From NCBI GenBank assembly GCA_905331295.1, contig CAJNYD010000019.1:62001-126000 (forward strand): a stretch of 64,000 bases of DNA, written 5' to 3'. The position numbers and the translations under genes are program-made. Position 1 is the first letter of the stretch. Each line of letters starts with the position of its first letter. Shown here piece by piece: positions 41,170 through 53,878 of the stretch. The notes beneath the pieces are model-generated. The model saw nothing but the letters and a program-made list of their open reading frames with translations. It was not told the DNA's origin and ran no database searches. The DNA is from Rotaria socialis (lineage: Eukaryota).

Positions 41170-42221
41170 CCCATGTCGTGAAAATCGTGGTGATTTTGCC
41201 GATTTTCAAAATAATCGGCGTAAAATCGCAATTAATCATATATAGTGAAGAAATCCATGATTATATAGAATTTTATTACGCTCATGGTAAGAGAACCGAT
41301 GTTTTCAAAAACCGGTGATTAATCACAGATCTTGGTAAGAAAAATTAAAATTACCAATTAATTACGAAAAGTTTGAAATCTATCAAATCGTGAATAAAAT
41401 ATCCTTATACATCAGATTTTTCAATGTATTCGTTGAAACTCAAAGCTGAAAACCGGATATTTTTATTCAGGGTTTCACTAGAGTGATCTTCACGGGATTC
41501 GATTATTTCGAATCACAATGAAATCGAATTGAAGTTCACATTCATTTCTTTATTTCAAATTTGTAACATGTTTCCATCACGTATAATCTATTTTAGATAT
41601 ATTTCTCTGTCGAATAATTTTTCGATTAAATTTTTTTCTTGAATCTAGTTTCAGATTAAAATCTCTATCCTTGACCAAAGCCAAACTAAAAGATGTTGAA
41701 TTTATTCTATTTATATTTACATCTTGTACCATAATATCACAATTATTATTATTTTTAGATTTAGATTTCCTCGGTGTGCTTTAGATGTAAGCTTCATATA
41801 CCGGCATGACCTTTTAATCAATGATCGCGAAAACAATTTATTCAGAATACGTATCCGTATATATGAACGCTATTTTTTGATACTCTGCTTTTGTATTAAA
41901 TGTTTACGTATTGTATGAGTTTTCTTATTTTTGGTAATAATTATTTAGAATGGAATCATGTACATGTTTTAGTCTTACAATAAAAAGAATGATTCAATTA
42001 GAGTCAGCAATAAAAATTATAAAATGTATTTATAAAATTGAGTTTAAATGACTCAAATCATGCCCAAAATTGCGAGAATAATGCGTAATACTCGATCGAA
42101 AAATCACGATTTATCACAGGAGTCGCCAAAATTATTGGGAAAATCGCCGATTCAGCGCACGACTATCGTTTCGATAAATCGCGATTAATTGGCAATATTT
42201 TAGCGATTTCGAAGACATGGG
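41170..42221. mobile_element. MITE with CCCATGTC termini and aatcgc/gcgatt subterminal repeats (possibly CMC/CACTA-type)
   Basis: cccatgtc at 41170, gacatggg ending 42221; clustered aaatcg/cgatt motifs near both ends; TSD not clear. Confidence 0.65.
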
Positions 42222-42530
42222 TCATCAATCAACTCTTACTCTCTATCTATCAAAGTATATTTCAATAACAGTAAGAAGACATGATATTAATTGTGATAAA
42301 CATTTCCAACAGTATCATACGAAGCTTAGTGTTAGTTTTCTATGCTTTGTCGAATTAACTCTTAGCAGCAGCATCGAATTAGGGATTACGAAGTGGGCGT
42401 ATATGAAAAAGGATAAATTTTAGTTTGAGTAAGGAATCCGTTGGTTAAGTGAAATCTCGAGTTTCTGTCCTACTGCTTTCTCTCCTTCATATTCTATATG
42501 ATTTTAGTGATAATCAACTATAAGACATAA

Positions 42531-43482
42531 CCCATGTCGCCTCTTTTTTACCAACTGCGTCGCAGTTACGCGTAAATACGGTGCATTGATCGTAGTGAAG
42601 ACTTTTCTTAAATACTACGCCTAATGCGACCCAGATCAGCGTAACTGCGTTCAAGTGATTGCATCATACGATTCGTTGTAACTGTAACTGACCAATTATA
42701 AATAATTCCTTCTTATTTGTAATTGACCACTCTCGAGCACTAAAATTTAGTCATAGAAAGTTACTATAAAAAGCACTGTTCATCGAAAGTTCGGTTCATA
42801 AACACATTCTACTATAAACAGTAGAATACATGTTCCGAAAAATATTTAAATATTTTTCCCATTTTATTATTAATATTTTTTTTTATTTTTCAATTTTCTA
42901 GATTTTCTTTTTAATATTTAAAATTTTTAAAAAAATTTATAGAGCTCTTTTTTAGGTTTTTTATTTTAAAAAATTTTCTAATCTAAGTTTTTTCTTTTGT
43001 TTATTAAATTGTAAATAATTTTTTAAATGTTAATTTTTTGATTTTTACAGATGCCTATTTATTATTTTCCTTAAGTATTTTATATTTTAAAATACTTTTT
43101 AACTTTTAATTTTTTAGTAATTGTTTTATTTCTCAAACTTCTGTTTTTAATTTTTTATAAAAGTTTTAATTTTATAGTTTTAAGTGTTTTATTTTCTGTG
43201 CTTAAAACTTTTCTTTTAACTCATAAAAAAAATAAGAAATGAAAATAAAACCTAATCTGTATCATCTCATGTAGCAATCGCGGTGTATTTCTGCCGCAAA
43301 AATGATCACACTCGGGCAAAACAATGCGGCTCAGCTACGCGTAACTGTGACCTTTTCACCATAACTACGCGTAACTGCGATTTTTTCATCGTAGTTACGC
43401 GTAACTATGTCGTAATTTTCCGCAATTACGGGTCGCAGTGCGATCGCAGTTACGCCGCAGTTTCATTGTAATGAAACATGGG
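42531..43482. mobile_element. MITE with CCCATGT termini, tacgcgtaa subterminal repeats and a T-rich core
   Basis: cccatgt at 42531, acatggg ending 43482; repeated tacgcgtaa(ctg) and cgcagttacg motifs at both ends; low-complexity interior ~42840-43250. Confidence 0.65.
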
Positions 43483-43966
43483 TATTGAATAGCATACGTA
43501 ATAGTTCTGTGGACTTTTACTAGAAAAATGTCAACATATCGGAATCCCGTAAAACAATGAGTTACTACAGGTGATTACAGTAATAGAATCTGCTGAAGAA
43601 AAAAAGAATATCTCTAGAAAAACACACCACTTGATATTCATATTGTTATTTTCCGGGAAATACTTTGTTTTCAATAAAAAGTTGAGAAAAAGAAATATGA
43701 GTAATCATTTAAAAAGAATTATTTGAAAAGCGCACAAGTTTTCTTCCAAAACTCGCAGGAATCTATTTTTAGCTGGGATAGACAGTCCACCAGTGGTTTA
43801 CAGTTTCTTTGATTTTCTTGTTCGTTAATAATTATTTTAATTCCAGTGAATACCCAACAGCACAATATCATCATTATCACGCGCGGAGAATACAATGTGT
43901 TGATTAATGCATTTGAACGCATTACACCCTCTTTATTTGAATTTAATTAAAATATTCAAACACCAT

Positions 43967-44066
43967 TAGGGGTGGCACTTTGCGTTAATTTAATATTAAG
44001 TGTTAAGTAAAAACACTTAGTTAACTCTCTTAATTAACTCAAATTAAAATCAACGGTTCACCCCTA
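43967..44066. mobile_element. 100-bp hAT-type MITE inserted in the NTPCR-like coding remnant
   Basis: TIR taggggtg / caccccta; exact 8-bp TSD aacaccat (43959-43966, 44067-44074). Confidence 0.88.
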
Positions 44067-44559
44067 AACACCATGCATTTGTTTTATTGATGAAATAGGT
44101 AAAGTGAAACTATTATCAAATAGATTTTAAGAATGTATCCGAAAATTCGATTGAGCGTCGGAATTCAATTCTGACGGCTACAATATTTATCAAACCACTA
44201 GGATTTGTTAATAGAACTCGTACAAGAAAAGATTGTCATTCAATAGAAATATGTCCGAGCAATCAATACAATTTAGGTTATGCATTAGAGTTGTTCTGGT
44301 TCAGCACAACGAAATGAATTAAGGGCACATTTCGAAAAATTAATGAAAGCACGGCTTGATGCCATACTTCACAACAGATTGTTTTTGCTTTTTTTATTGG
44401 CGATGAATACTCAAACAAAGCAAAGAGAAAACTAAGAAATTACTGCATTCTCAGATAGTGTCACCTAATTCCATTTATGTTTAACATCACTGTTTTCTCC
44501 TCTGTAAACTCGAGTTTCTTATAAAATATGAAGCAATTGTTTTCATATAATACAAAAGC

Positions 44560-46530
44560 ATGGATGAGTTGGCAGTAAACGCTATGTCGACAGATAACGA
44601 TCTGGAAGTTTTTCAAGTAAGATCAAATATAAAAAGAAAACATTATTTATTATCATGATATGAATTCGTTTTGAGCTTCACATTGAAAATGAGGAATTAA
44701 TTAAAGACGTTGAAAATTCAGAAGCTGGTATTGATTCTTATAGTTTAACAATATTAAAAAATTGATTGTTTTTTTATTGGTTAGTTGCTTGTGGATATTG
44801 TATTGTATCAAAGGTGACCTCTCCATTATTAATTACTGTCTTAGTTGTTACAATACTGGGTGCATCATGCGCAATCGGCTACTTTGTATCATATCCACGA
44901 AGTAAACTTTTTCCATAGGTTTACTGTGGTCATAAATGAATTTTTTTTCGTACAATAGTACCAAATAAATCACTAAAATTGTGTAATGAAAGTTGTAAAG
45001 TTTTAAATAGCGAATGTGACAGTAGTCGTGGATTATATTGTCCTGCTGATCTATGACAATGTAAGTTTGAGAAACTTCTTGTTTTTTATAGAGCTACATC
45101 GTTGTGTAAATTTTTATATATGTATGTAATTATGTTTTAGGTGGAACACAGAATTCATACTACAATGGTAGTAGCTGCATTTGCGCCAATTTAACACACT
45201 ATGATAATCAAGGATGTGGTCTGTATTTCATCGTTTTTGTTCTGTTTTACTCTTTAATATAAACTTCTTCTTTTAGTTTCTGATCCTTCACATGGTGATA
45301 GATGTAGTCCACCAGTCATAAACTGTCTTCCTAATTTTATGTAGTTCGTATATGTACATGTAATGAAATAACGCAAATTTATAACGGATCATATTGTGTC
45401 ACGCAAAATTCATTCAATGGTTCTTGTACAGAAGCATGCAACTGTTTAAATACGTCGAATTTATATTGCGCTTCGTACGTATTTTTAAAGTAGATCTCAT
45501 TCATAAGTGAACATTTTTATACTGATTAGGAATCAATGTGAATGTGAAACAATTAATTATTGGAATCGAACTACTTGTGGTAGGAAATTGTATTGCTTTT
45601 CTTATTACTGAAAGATTTTTGTTCGCTATATTAGTATCAAAAGAGCTCGGCTGGCAAACATGTAATAATATAACATGGGGTGGTGATTGTAGGCCAAATT
45701 GGTTTTATGATGGTTTAGAATGTAGTATGTATTTATGTTCATATATATCTATATTTGTATAAAATAACTATTATTTTCTTCATTTAATATAGTTCAGCGA
45801 AAAAGTATTAATGGAACGTGTCTTGATACTTATGCATATGATTGCAACACACTACTTGTCTGTTTTTCCGGTCTTTGCTTATGGTTTGTATTTTGGTTTT
45901 TCAATGTAAACTAAAAGCAGCACTGATATATATATAGTTCGAATTTTGAGCACATCCTTTTGATTTCCTCCCCTTTGATGTGACACTCTTCTGAGGAGCG
46001 TCTCAGCATAGATATGGCAAATACACTATTTATGGATGGATGATCAAGGACGTGACAGGCAAGCTTAACAATAGTTCATTATAGATATCGTTGTAACAAC
46101 ACATAAAAGACGTCACCGCTATCTTTAGAAACGCCCATGTTCCCTCTGTTGTAGATCGTGATAAATCTTGTCGGTAAACTACTTGAGATCTTATAAAAAA
46201 AACAAAAACTCCCGCGCTATTACATGAATTATTTCCTCGTTTAATTTTAAAAGAAAAAATTCAAACATTGACGAAAAAATGCATCCCAAAATAGATAGTA
46301 TTAAAATAGTTCCCTGTTGTTAGCAATAGTTACTACATCATGCTTCATATATTATTCCCGTAAAGGTCATGCTATCAGCATTTCCTTGTCATTTTTCATA
46401 TTTTTCACATTTATTAGTTGTAGCTTTTGCTTTTCTAGTCCAACACCAACAACATGGTCTGGTTCCAATTGTATTTGTTCAACTGGTCAGACTTGGACTC
46501 GTAATACTTATGTTGCCATTGGATAATGAT
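44560..46530 (+). pseudogene. Type II membrane protein with Cys-rich EB/EGF-like repeats, disabled
   Basis: Short exons: MDELAVNAM..., TM segment LLITVLVVTILGASCAIGYFVSY, then CNESC...ECDSSRGLYCPADL*QC (TGA 45054-45056), YYNGSSCIC, YNGSYCV...FNGSC, WSGSNCICSTGQTW; further disruption near 45340. Confidence 0.65.
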
Positions 46531-48734
46531 AATGAACATAGAAAACAGTACTCCTTATTTTAACATCAAAGACTACGTAGGGATAAAATCTATTGTTGTT
46601 TTTTATAGTTTTGTATGAAAATTTCGATAATATTGCGTTTCAATATTTTCTCTGTACACTTCAATTAAATGATTTATGCACAAATATATGTACACATATT
46701 TCACCTAAAATCGAACAATAAAAAACTGATGCAAATTGTTAAATAGTTTAATCCAAGGAAAAAGAACATGAAGATTTTGATGAGTCGTTGTCAATTTTTG
46801 TTCTTGTCATCAATATCATTGAGTGGCTAAAGTAGCTGTCAAATGCATGAGAGCGACAACAACAGAAGTGACGTCTTTGCTACTTCTTCTTCTTCTTCTT
46901 CTTCTTTTCTTTCCTTTTTTCAGACTCGTGGTTATTTTTATTTTTTTTTATTTTTTTTTCTGTTTTTATTATAGTCAGCGATGTTTCTTTGGCACAGGGA
47001 ATGACATGATCGTTCTATAATGTGCTGTTCAGAGAACGCACTTTGGAAAGAAGCAAAAAGAATGAAAGACAAGCATCGTGTTCTTCTTTCTTATTTTTAT
47101 GTGTAGACATGTGTCTAACTAAAACTGAGGGTGAAAAGCGAGATACTGAAAACTCACCGGCGGCAGCATCAACTGGCTATTAACCGTCGTTGTTGATGAG
47201 CAACGAGCCAGTGAGTGTGTGGTAAAGACGTAAGACAAGGGAGGAAAAAATTCAGTAGATGAGTATCTGGCGATGCCATTGATGATGGATTCGAGTATTG
47301 ACAGCTTAATTGTATAGAACAATCTTCACTAGACAGACCAAACATTAAGAAGACGTCTAAGTTGTCTTTTCTTTGTTCTGATTCAATAGAGATACATATA
47401 CAGATAAAGAGAAAGAATAAAACAGAAATATACATGGAAAAACGCATAGATATTGTTTATTGTTCTTAGCCATTGTTTTATCCTATCATACATATATATA
47501 TATTTTTTACACCGCTGACATTATTCGTGGTAAGAAAAGCAATACGAAGAAACAAAAGAGACAAATAATTTCGAACAAATTAAATTTACTCAATAAAGCT
47601 AGAAAAATTAGACGCATAAAATAATTAGAATCAGACACACACACATACAATCGCTATATTGTATACAATGATATATTGCTAGTCAATTGTCACAAAAGCT
47701 TTTAGAGCTCACGTATTATAAAGAGCAAATAGAGCAAAAGTTCCTTCATTGTTGATAGAATTGATAAATTGTGTGCCAGAAAGAATCAAGCATTAGCAGA
47801 CTGACTATCATACGCCTCTAACTCATATATTGCTCATTCATGAGTAATTCAAAATTGTGCTTTTCTTGTTCAATTACTATATATATATATATTCCCTCAT
47901 TTTGTACTATTTGACGACGACAACTCTATCCATCTTACTCTTTATAAGATAGTTTCTGTCTATGTTTCTACATACCATTGCAAATGATCTACGAATTTTC
48001 TCGTACTATTCGATGCGCTAGAATGGCCTTGATCGAATCAAACTTCTATTATTGCAGTTAGCAACTTTTTCCCCTTTTCTGTTTCTTTCTATCACTAATT
48101 CTTGACAATTACATATGTGTTCCCGTTGTTTTCTTCTGTATTTCACTCTCCATTACTCATAATGACTATTGATCAGCCGAAATACTCAGTAAGGAGTACT
48201 ACAAGAATTAATCTATCACCGTCCGCTTTTGCTATCTAATCTTCTGGAACTAACGTCTGGTTGAACTGTTCTAGCTCATTTGTGAATATTAGTACCATAG
48301 AACATACATATATATATATAAAGAGAATAACGAACAATAATGATGATCTGAAATACGTGCTCACTATGTTCTAGATTTGTGCTGATAAGAATGGGGACAC
48401 AACGACGATGTTGAGCTGTCAAAAACAGGAAACATGTCTATCAGTTTGTCTTCCATCAAGCCAATTTATTATGGTCGCTGTTGTATATCGTTGAACGGCA
48501 CCCTTAAATTTCTTCAAGGTGAGTAAATAAAATATGTAATTTCTGTTATTATGACTCAGAAAAAGAAAAGAAGATGAAGAGAATTTTACGTTTCAATAAT
48601 TAATTTAAAAAAATGAAACCTCGTTGAGATTTGAGTGTTTTTTCTGTTAGCTTGAGGAATCTCCTCGCAACGATGTTATTGATATCTCTTTTTTTTTTGT
48701 TCTTTGAAATAGGAATTTTTCAAGCATTATGTAG

Positions 48735-51700
48735 ATGACTGAACGTCTATATCAAATGGTAAATCGAGGTTGTTTTTCTCTTCTTTATATTCATCAGTCT
48801 TTTTTTTTTATCTATGACAATTTTTTTCCTCTCTCGTCCATGTTGATTATCATTATTTGTAAATGGAGATTAGTCGAAGAACATGCACCCGAGTTGTTAA
48901 CAAAAAACAAAAACGAAGAAAAACCTATCGTGATATGTTTAAATAGTGAAAGGCATGTTTTTATGAAAAAAAAAAGTAATAAAATAGTGTACGCTCCCGT
49001 TTTCTTCCCAGGAACAAAAGACGTCAACAAAGTTATTTCCACGGCGTATATATAATCATTTCTTTATTTGACTAAACCGAGTAGAAAGCTAGAATGTTTT
49101 TCAATCTAGGAAATAATGCAACCGGACACTCGATGGGCTCAATCCGTCGTGTCTGACTTAGTTACTACCCCGCTGGATGCTAATCATCATACATACGATA
49201 TCGAAAAAAAACAATTATCTACTGCTTCTATACCTTCGTCAACATCGCAACCACAATTAGTAACAACAACAAGTTTTTTTCCACCACAACGTGTCGAACC
49301 AATTGATATGCCACGTTCACAACAAACAGCAACACAACATCGTACTAAAACAGGTTATACTCAATCAGCAACAACCGATGAACAACTAACAACAGCAATT
49401 TATTACCAACAAAATAGACCTATGAAACGTATTATACATCCTGCTGATCGTTCATCAGTTATTGCCATTTTACAAGCTATGTCAACTATTATATTCGCAA
49501 TCTTTATTTCGTTTCCATGCATCATATTATTAGCACTTCTATTACCAATATGTTGGCTCGTACGAACAAGTGCACGATTAATCTGTCGACATCAATGTAC
49601 TGTAACGCCATGTGCTTGTAATTATCTATCTTCAAGTGATCTATTCTGGTTTTATAATAGTAATACATCAACAAATCAAACTAAAACCGATGATGAAACA
49701 AATAAACTAAACTCTCAAACTATATCACCAATAGGAGCAGCTATTTTTTTTCTTGAAGGTAAATTGCAAAAGAAAAAGAGAAAGAAAATTTGATTCATAA
49801 AAACAAATTACACTCTATCTAGGAACAGTAAATGAAAATTCATTAAAAAAACTATTAGTTCATCGTCTTATAACAGCGAGTATTCGACGTGGTTCAAATA
49901 TGGGACGAAAATTATTTCCACGATTTTCTCAATTAGTTATTTCCCGTTTTTCTGGTAGAATGTGGAGTGATTATTCACAATTTTCTATTGATGAACATGT
50001 ACATGAAATACCACATAATATTCAATCGGATGAAGAAATTCAAACATATCTATCAACATTATTATCAACAGAATTACCACTTAATCGTCCTCTCTGGCGA
50101 TTATATTATAAAAATCGTCTTACACTACGTCCAAATGATAGTATACTCATTTTTTTATATCACCCTGTTTTATCTGATGGAATATCCTTATTACGTATTT
50201 TATTAAAACATGCTGTTGATAATCGTACAACACAATTAGATATAAAACCACGTTTTGCTGGTAGAAATCGTGAAAATATGATATTTGATTATATAAAAGC
50301 ATATCTATTTGGACATAAACTTATATTCAGTAAATTATTATCCCGTCTATCGAAAGAAAATTTTTTTAAGCGAACGCTAAATAAAAATGATAATATATCA
50401 ACGAGGAATTCTCAATCACAACAACAACCACGAAGAGTTGTTGTGTGGTCAGCTCCGTTTAGTTTGACACAAGTGAATCGAATGAAATTGGTTACGAGAA
50501 CACGTTTAAATACACTTCTTTCAACAATAGTTATTTCTACTGTGAAATTATACATGGAAAAATATGGGTAAATTTTGTTTATTTCTAATGAATAGACATT
50601 TAAAAGAAAAAAACTCGACATTTTTCAGTTGAACGAAATAAAAACTAATTGCTTTTTTTGTATAGTTTAACTCGCAGGAAATCCTATTTAGAGATACCGT
50701 TGTTTTTTTTTTACTTCATTGAGCTTTTATCTTTTCATTTTTTTTCTTTCTTCTATTATCATTTCATAGTTTATCAAATCCGCCAAATATGAACTGCGTA
50801 ATGCCTTGTGATCTTCGATCTAATACGGCCAATATAGTTATGGGAAATCAATTATCACATCTATGCATCGAGTTGCCTATGGATATTGAAGGTAACATTC
50901 CACTCCTATGGTCATTTAATGATAGTGCTAAGCGCTTCAAAGAAAATCGAGATTATGCAACTATGCATTTATTCACACATATCACTTATCTTCTATTTCC
51001 ATATTGCTTGGGTATGTTTACATTATAAAAATAAATATGCATTTCAATAGGAGACATTCGTTATTTTTTAGCTAATAGAATAATATCTCGTATTTACAAT
51101 AGTGCTAGTTTATGGTTAACATCAATCGCTGTCGGGAATAGTGCAGCACTAGCAACAATATCAGTATGCAATCGTGATGTACGAAATTTAATATGTTTTA
51201 GTCCAAGTATTGGTACAGCTAATATTAATTTTTGTATTACAACATATGCTGATGATATTCGTCTTGCTGTTATTGCGGATCCAAATATTGTACCTAATCC
51301 AAATTATTTTACTGAATGTTTTATTCAACAAGTAAAAGAAAATTAAACAGAAAATCTTTCATTTTCGATGTATTTATCTGATATCATCTGTGTAGTTAAC
51401 TGTTGTCCAAGATCTTCTTGCTCATCGACGAATTCCAGGTGAAATTCGTCGAATAACTCGACCACCAAGAATACAACCACAAAAGCAAAGTATCAGTAGT
51501 ATATCTGATATGCCTGATGATTTATCCATAGAAGAAGTAAGAAAAATAGATAGTATTTTTGTATTTAAAAAAATAATAACCTTGCTATGATTATCTCACT
51601 TGTTTAGATTCAAGCAAAAATGGCAACATTACAACAGGAATTACTCTCATTGAAAAGTCAATTCGAAAATGTTGATATGACTGATCCATCATGTCAATCT

Positions 51701-52303
51701 CAACGTTTAATAATAACAACAAAATTAGAAGAATTAAGACGAGAATTTCGTGAGTTACTTATTAAATTACAGGAACGTCAATGTGAACTATCGGGTATGA
51801 TACCAAGCGATGAAGAAGACGAAATGGATCCACATGTTCGCGTACGTTTACGATCGGCAAGTGTTGCATCAAGAATTTCTCTAAAATCAAACGATCAAAG
51901 ACAAATATCAACAAAGTAAAATGTATACAATAAATTATTTTATTTCATATCTTTTTCCATTCTTCAGAATGTACCAATTAGAACGAGATGACGGAACTGA
52001 GCTTACTGCCACTGTTATTCAAAAAGCTCCTAACCATCAATAATGAGTTTAACAGTACAGCAAATAGTAAGAAATTTCTTTTTTCTTTACGCTTACTTTT
52101 TTTTACCATAATAATTATAATCATAGGATCGACAAGTTGGCATGCGTCGTGCGCAGTCAGTAAGTATTTGTGACAATACTCAGAAAGATACACAATCACG
52201 AATATCATTGAATCGTCCACCACCAATAACAGCAACCATATCTCCCAGAACACTAGAGATAACAACGAATACTAATTTTCATCTAGATTCGAATGAAAGT
52301 TAG
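48735..52303 (+). CDS. Wax ester synthase/diacylglycerol acyltransferase (WS/DGAT)-fold protein with C-terminal coiled-coil extension
   Basis: MTERLYQM|EIMQPD (intron 48759-49109); FPRFSQLV, FSIDEHV, LPLNRPLWRL, YHPVLSDGISL, VMPCDLRS...MGNQLS, TTYADDIRLAVIADPNIVPNP; predicted last exon ends DSNES* at 52301-52303. Confidence 0.8.
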
Positions 52304-53878
52304 AAGAATGGAAACTAATGTATGGATATATATATATATATGTTTTCATTCTTGCTCAATTTATTTTTACTTTCATGTACATATAAATAAACCGATTGAC
52401 TGTAAACAGTTAGGTTTTTATTTTGCAGTGCATCTGATTGTTTTTTTTCTTCTTGTTGTCTCGTTCTGCTTATTTTTTTTTGTTTTCCCGTTATAATTTA
52501 TCGTTTTATTTACGCTAATTAATAAAAAGAAAAAACAAACCGGAAGCAAGAAAATATAATTAGACGCATGAATCTTGGGCAGGATTATACAGCTGACATA
52601 TTACGATAGATACGCAGCAATGAAAAATATGTAGCGATTGCGTGCCTCTCATAATACGTATTTTTTGTTTCAGTTGATTGAATACTTTTAGGAAAGCATG
52701 AAAAACTTATTAAGCATCGTCCTTTTTTACTCATTTCAGCAAGGAAACAATTTTCATAGCTATTTTGATGTAAAATTCATAAGCTATAAAATGTTGTTGA
52801 AATAACTAGCAACATAATAAGCCTGATTATGACTTATTTGCTTGAAAGAGGATGTAAGAGAAAATACTTCGTAAAAGAAAGTATGCATACCGTGAGAGAT
52901 AATCCAAATTTTCATAGTAGTTTGTATTGAAAATCAAACAGAATAATTGCTGAATCTTACTGGAATCCAGATTGTTTCCTCTGTTCTTTATACTAAAAAA
53001 ATTCTATGTCGCCATCGATCAGCTGATCGAAATCAGGAAAGAAAAACAATAATCAGTGGTAATTGTAAAATTCATTATTTGAAGTATATTTAAAGACAGT
53101 ATTGTTTTTCATGAGTACTTTCGATTTATTGTTCAGTTTTCATTTTGATTCGTTCTAGTGAATTGAAAATAAGATCTAAAATTTGTTGCTATCTTTATTT
53201 TTTCATGCATAACTTCCTGTAAGACAATATGGCCTTTTATTCAAGATCGCAGATAGGGCATTATCAATGCAATCATGATGTTTTCATTTGACTGTTGAGT
53301 AACTAGGATGTGAGTTCTCTATTTCCGTAATTATCGTGTTAGGAAATATGAACTTTTGATGCATATATCCTGATGATAAAGTAGTTTTCTGAAGGATCAT
53401 TAAAATGCTGAACTTCGCACTGGATTGGTAACTTCAGAAAAATGTATTGTTATTATTTTGCATTCTTAATCAAGATCACATCGGATAAGTATGGCTATTG
53501 GAAACAAAGCACCAATCAGTCCTTGTTTATACGTCTTATAATAAGAATGTATTTTAGAAATACCAAATCGTATAGAAATAATCTCTTCCATAAAAATATA
53601 TTATTCCGGTACGTTTTGTAGTATCTATCACGTGTTACTCCCTCTTTGTTTCCAGAATATAATAAAGCCTACTTGTAATGCATTGTCGTAAATCATTTCA
53701 TTTGTCAACTGATACCAAGGATTAACAAACAATTTTGTATCTATTGATTCATTAGATGTGATGTTACATATCATTGAATTGTGAAAAATAATCGATATTA
53801 ATATAATTTTCTATGAGATAAAAGCTCAAGAAGAAAAAAACTATTTTCTAAGTGATACCTAAATTAATAATACAAAGG

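Larger units (their letters stand above)
33919..44316 (+). pseudogene. NTPCR: NTPCR/THEP1-like nucleoside-triphosphatase pseudogene: exon 1 at 33919-33979, decayed C-terminal exon ~43860-44316
   Basis: Exon 1 MAHSTASTSIMRHALITGQPG|GT (start of the P-loop). About 10 kb downstream: GEYNVLINAFERI...[hAT MITE]...CICFIDEIGKVKLLSNRF*...ILTATIFIKPLGFVNRTRTRKDC, with stops and frameshifts. Confidence 0.72.

Noticed and set aside
45054..45056. TGA at a Cys position (and TGA at a Trp position, 20022-20020) as selenocysteine or an alternative genetic code
   Set aside because: Both genes have other frameshifts or stops, and intact genes here (e.g. COG7) use TGA as a normal stop.
45930..46310. Possible Tc1/mariner remnant in an intron (DLSRSTTEGTWAFLK on minus strand)
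   Set aside because: Motif match is weak and TIRs could not be paired.
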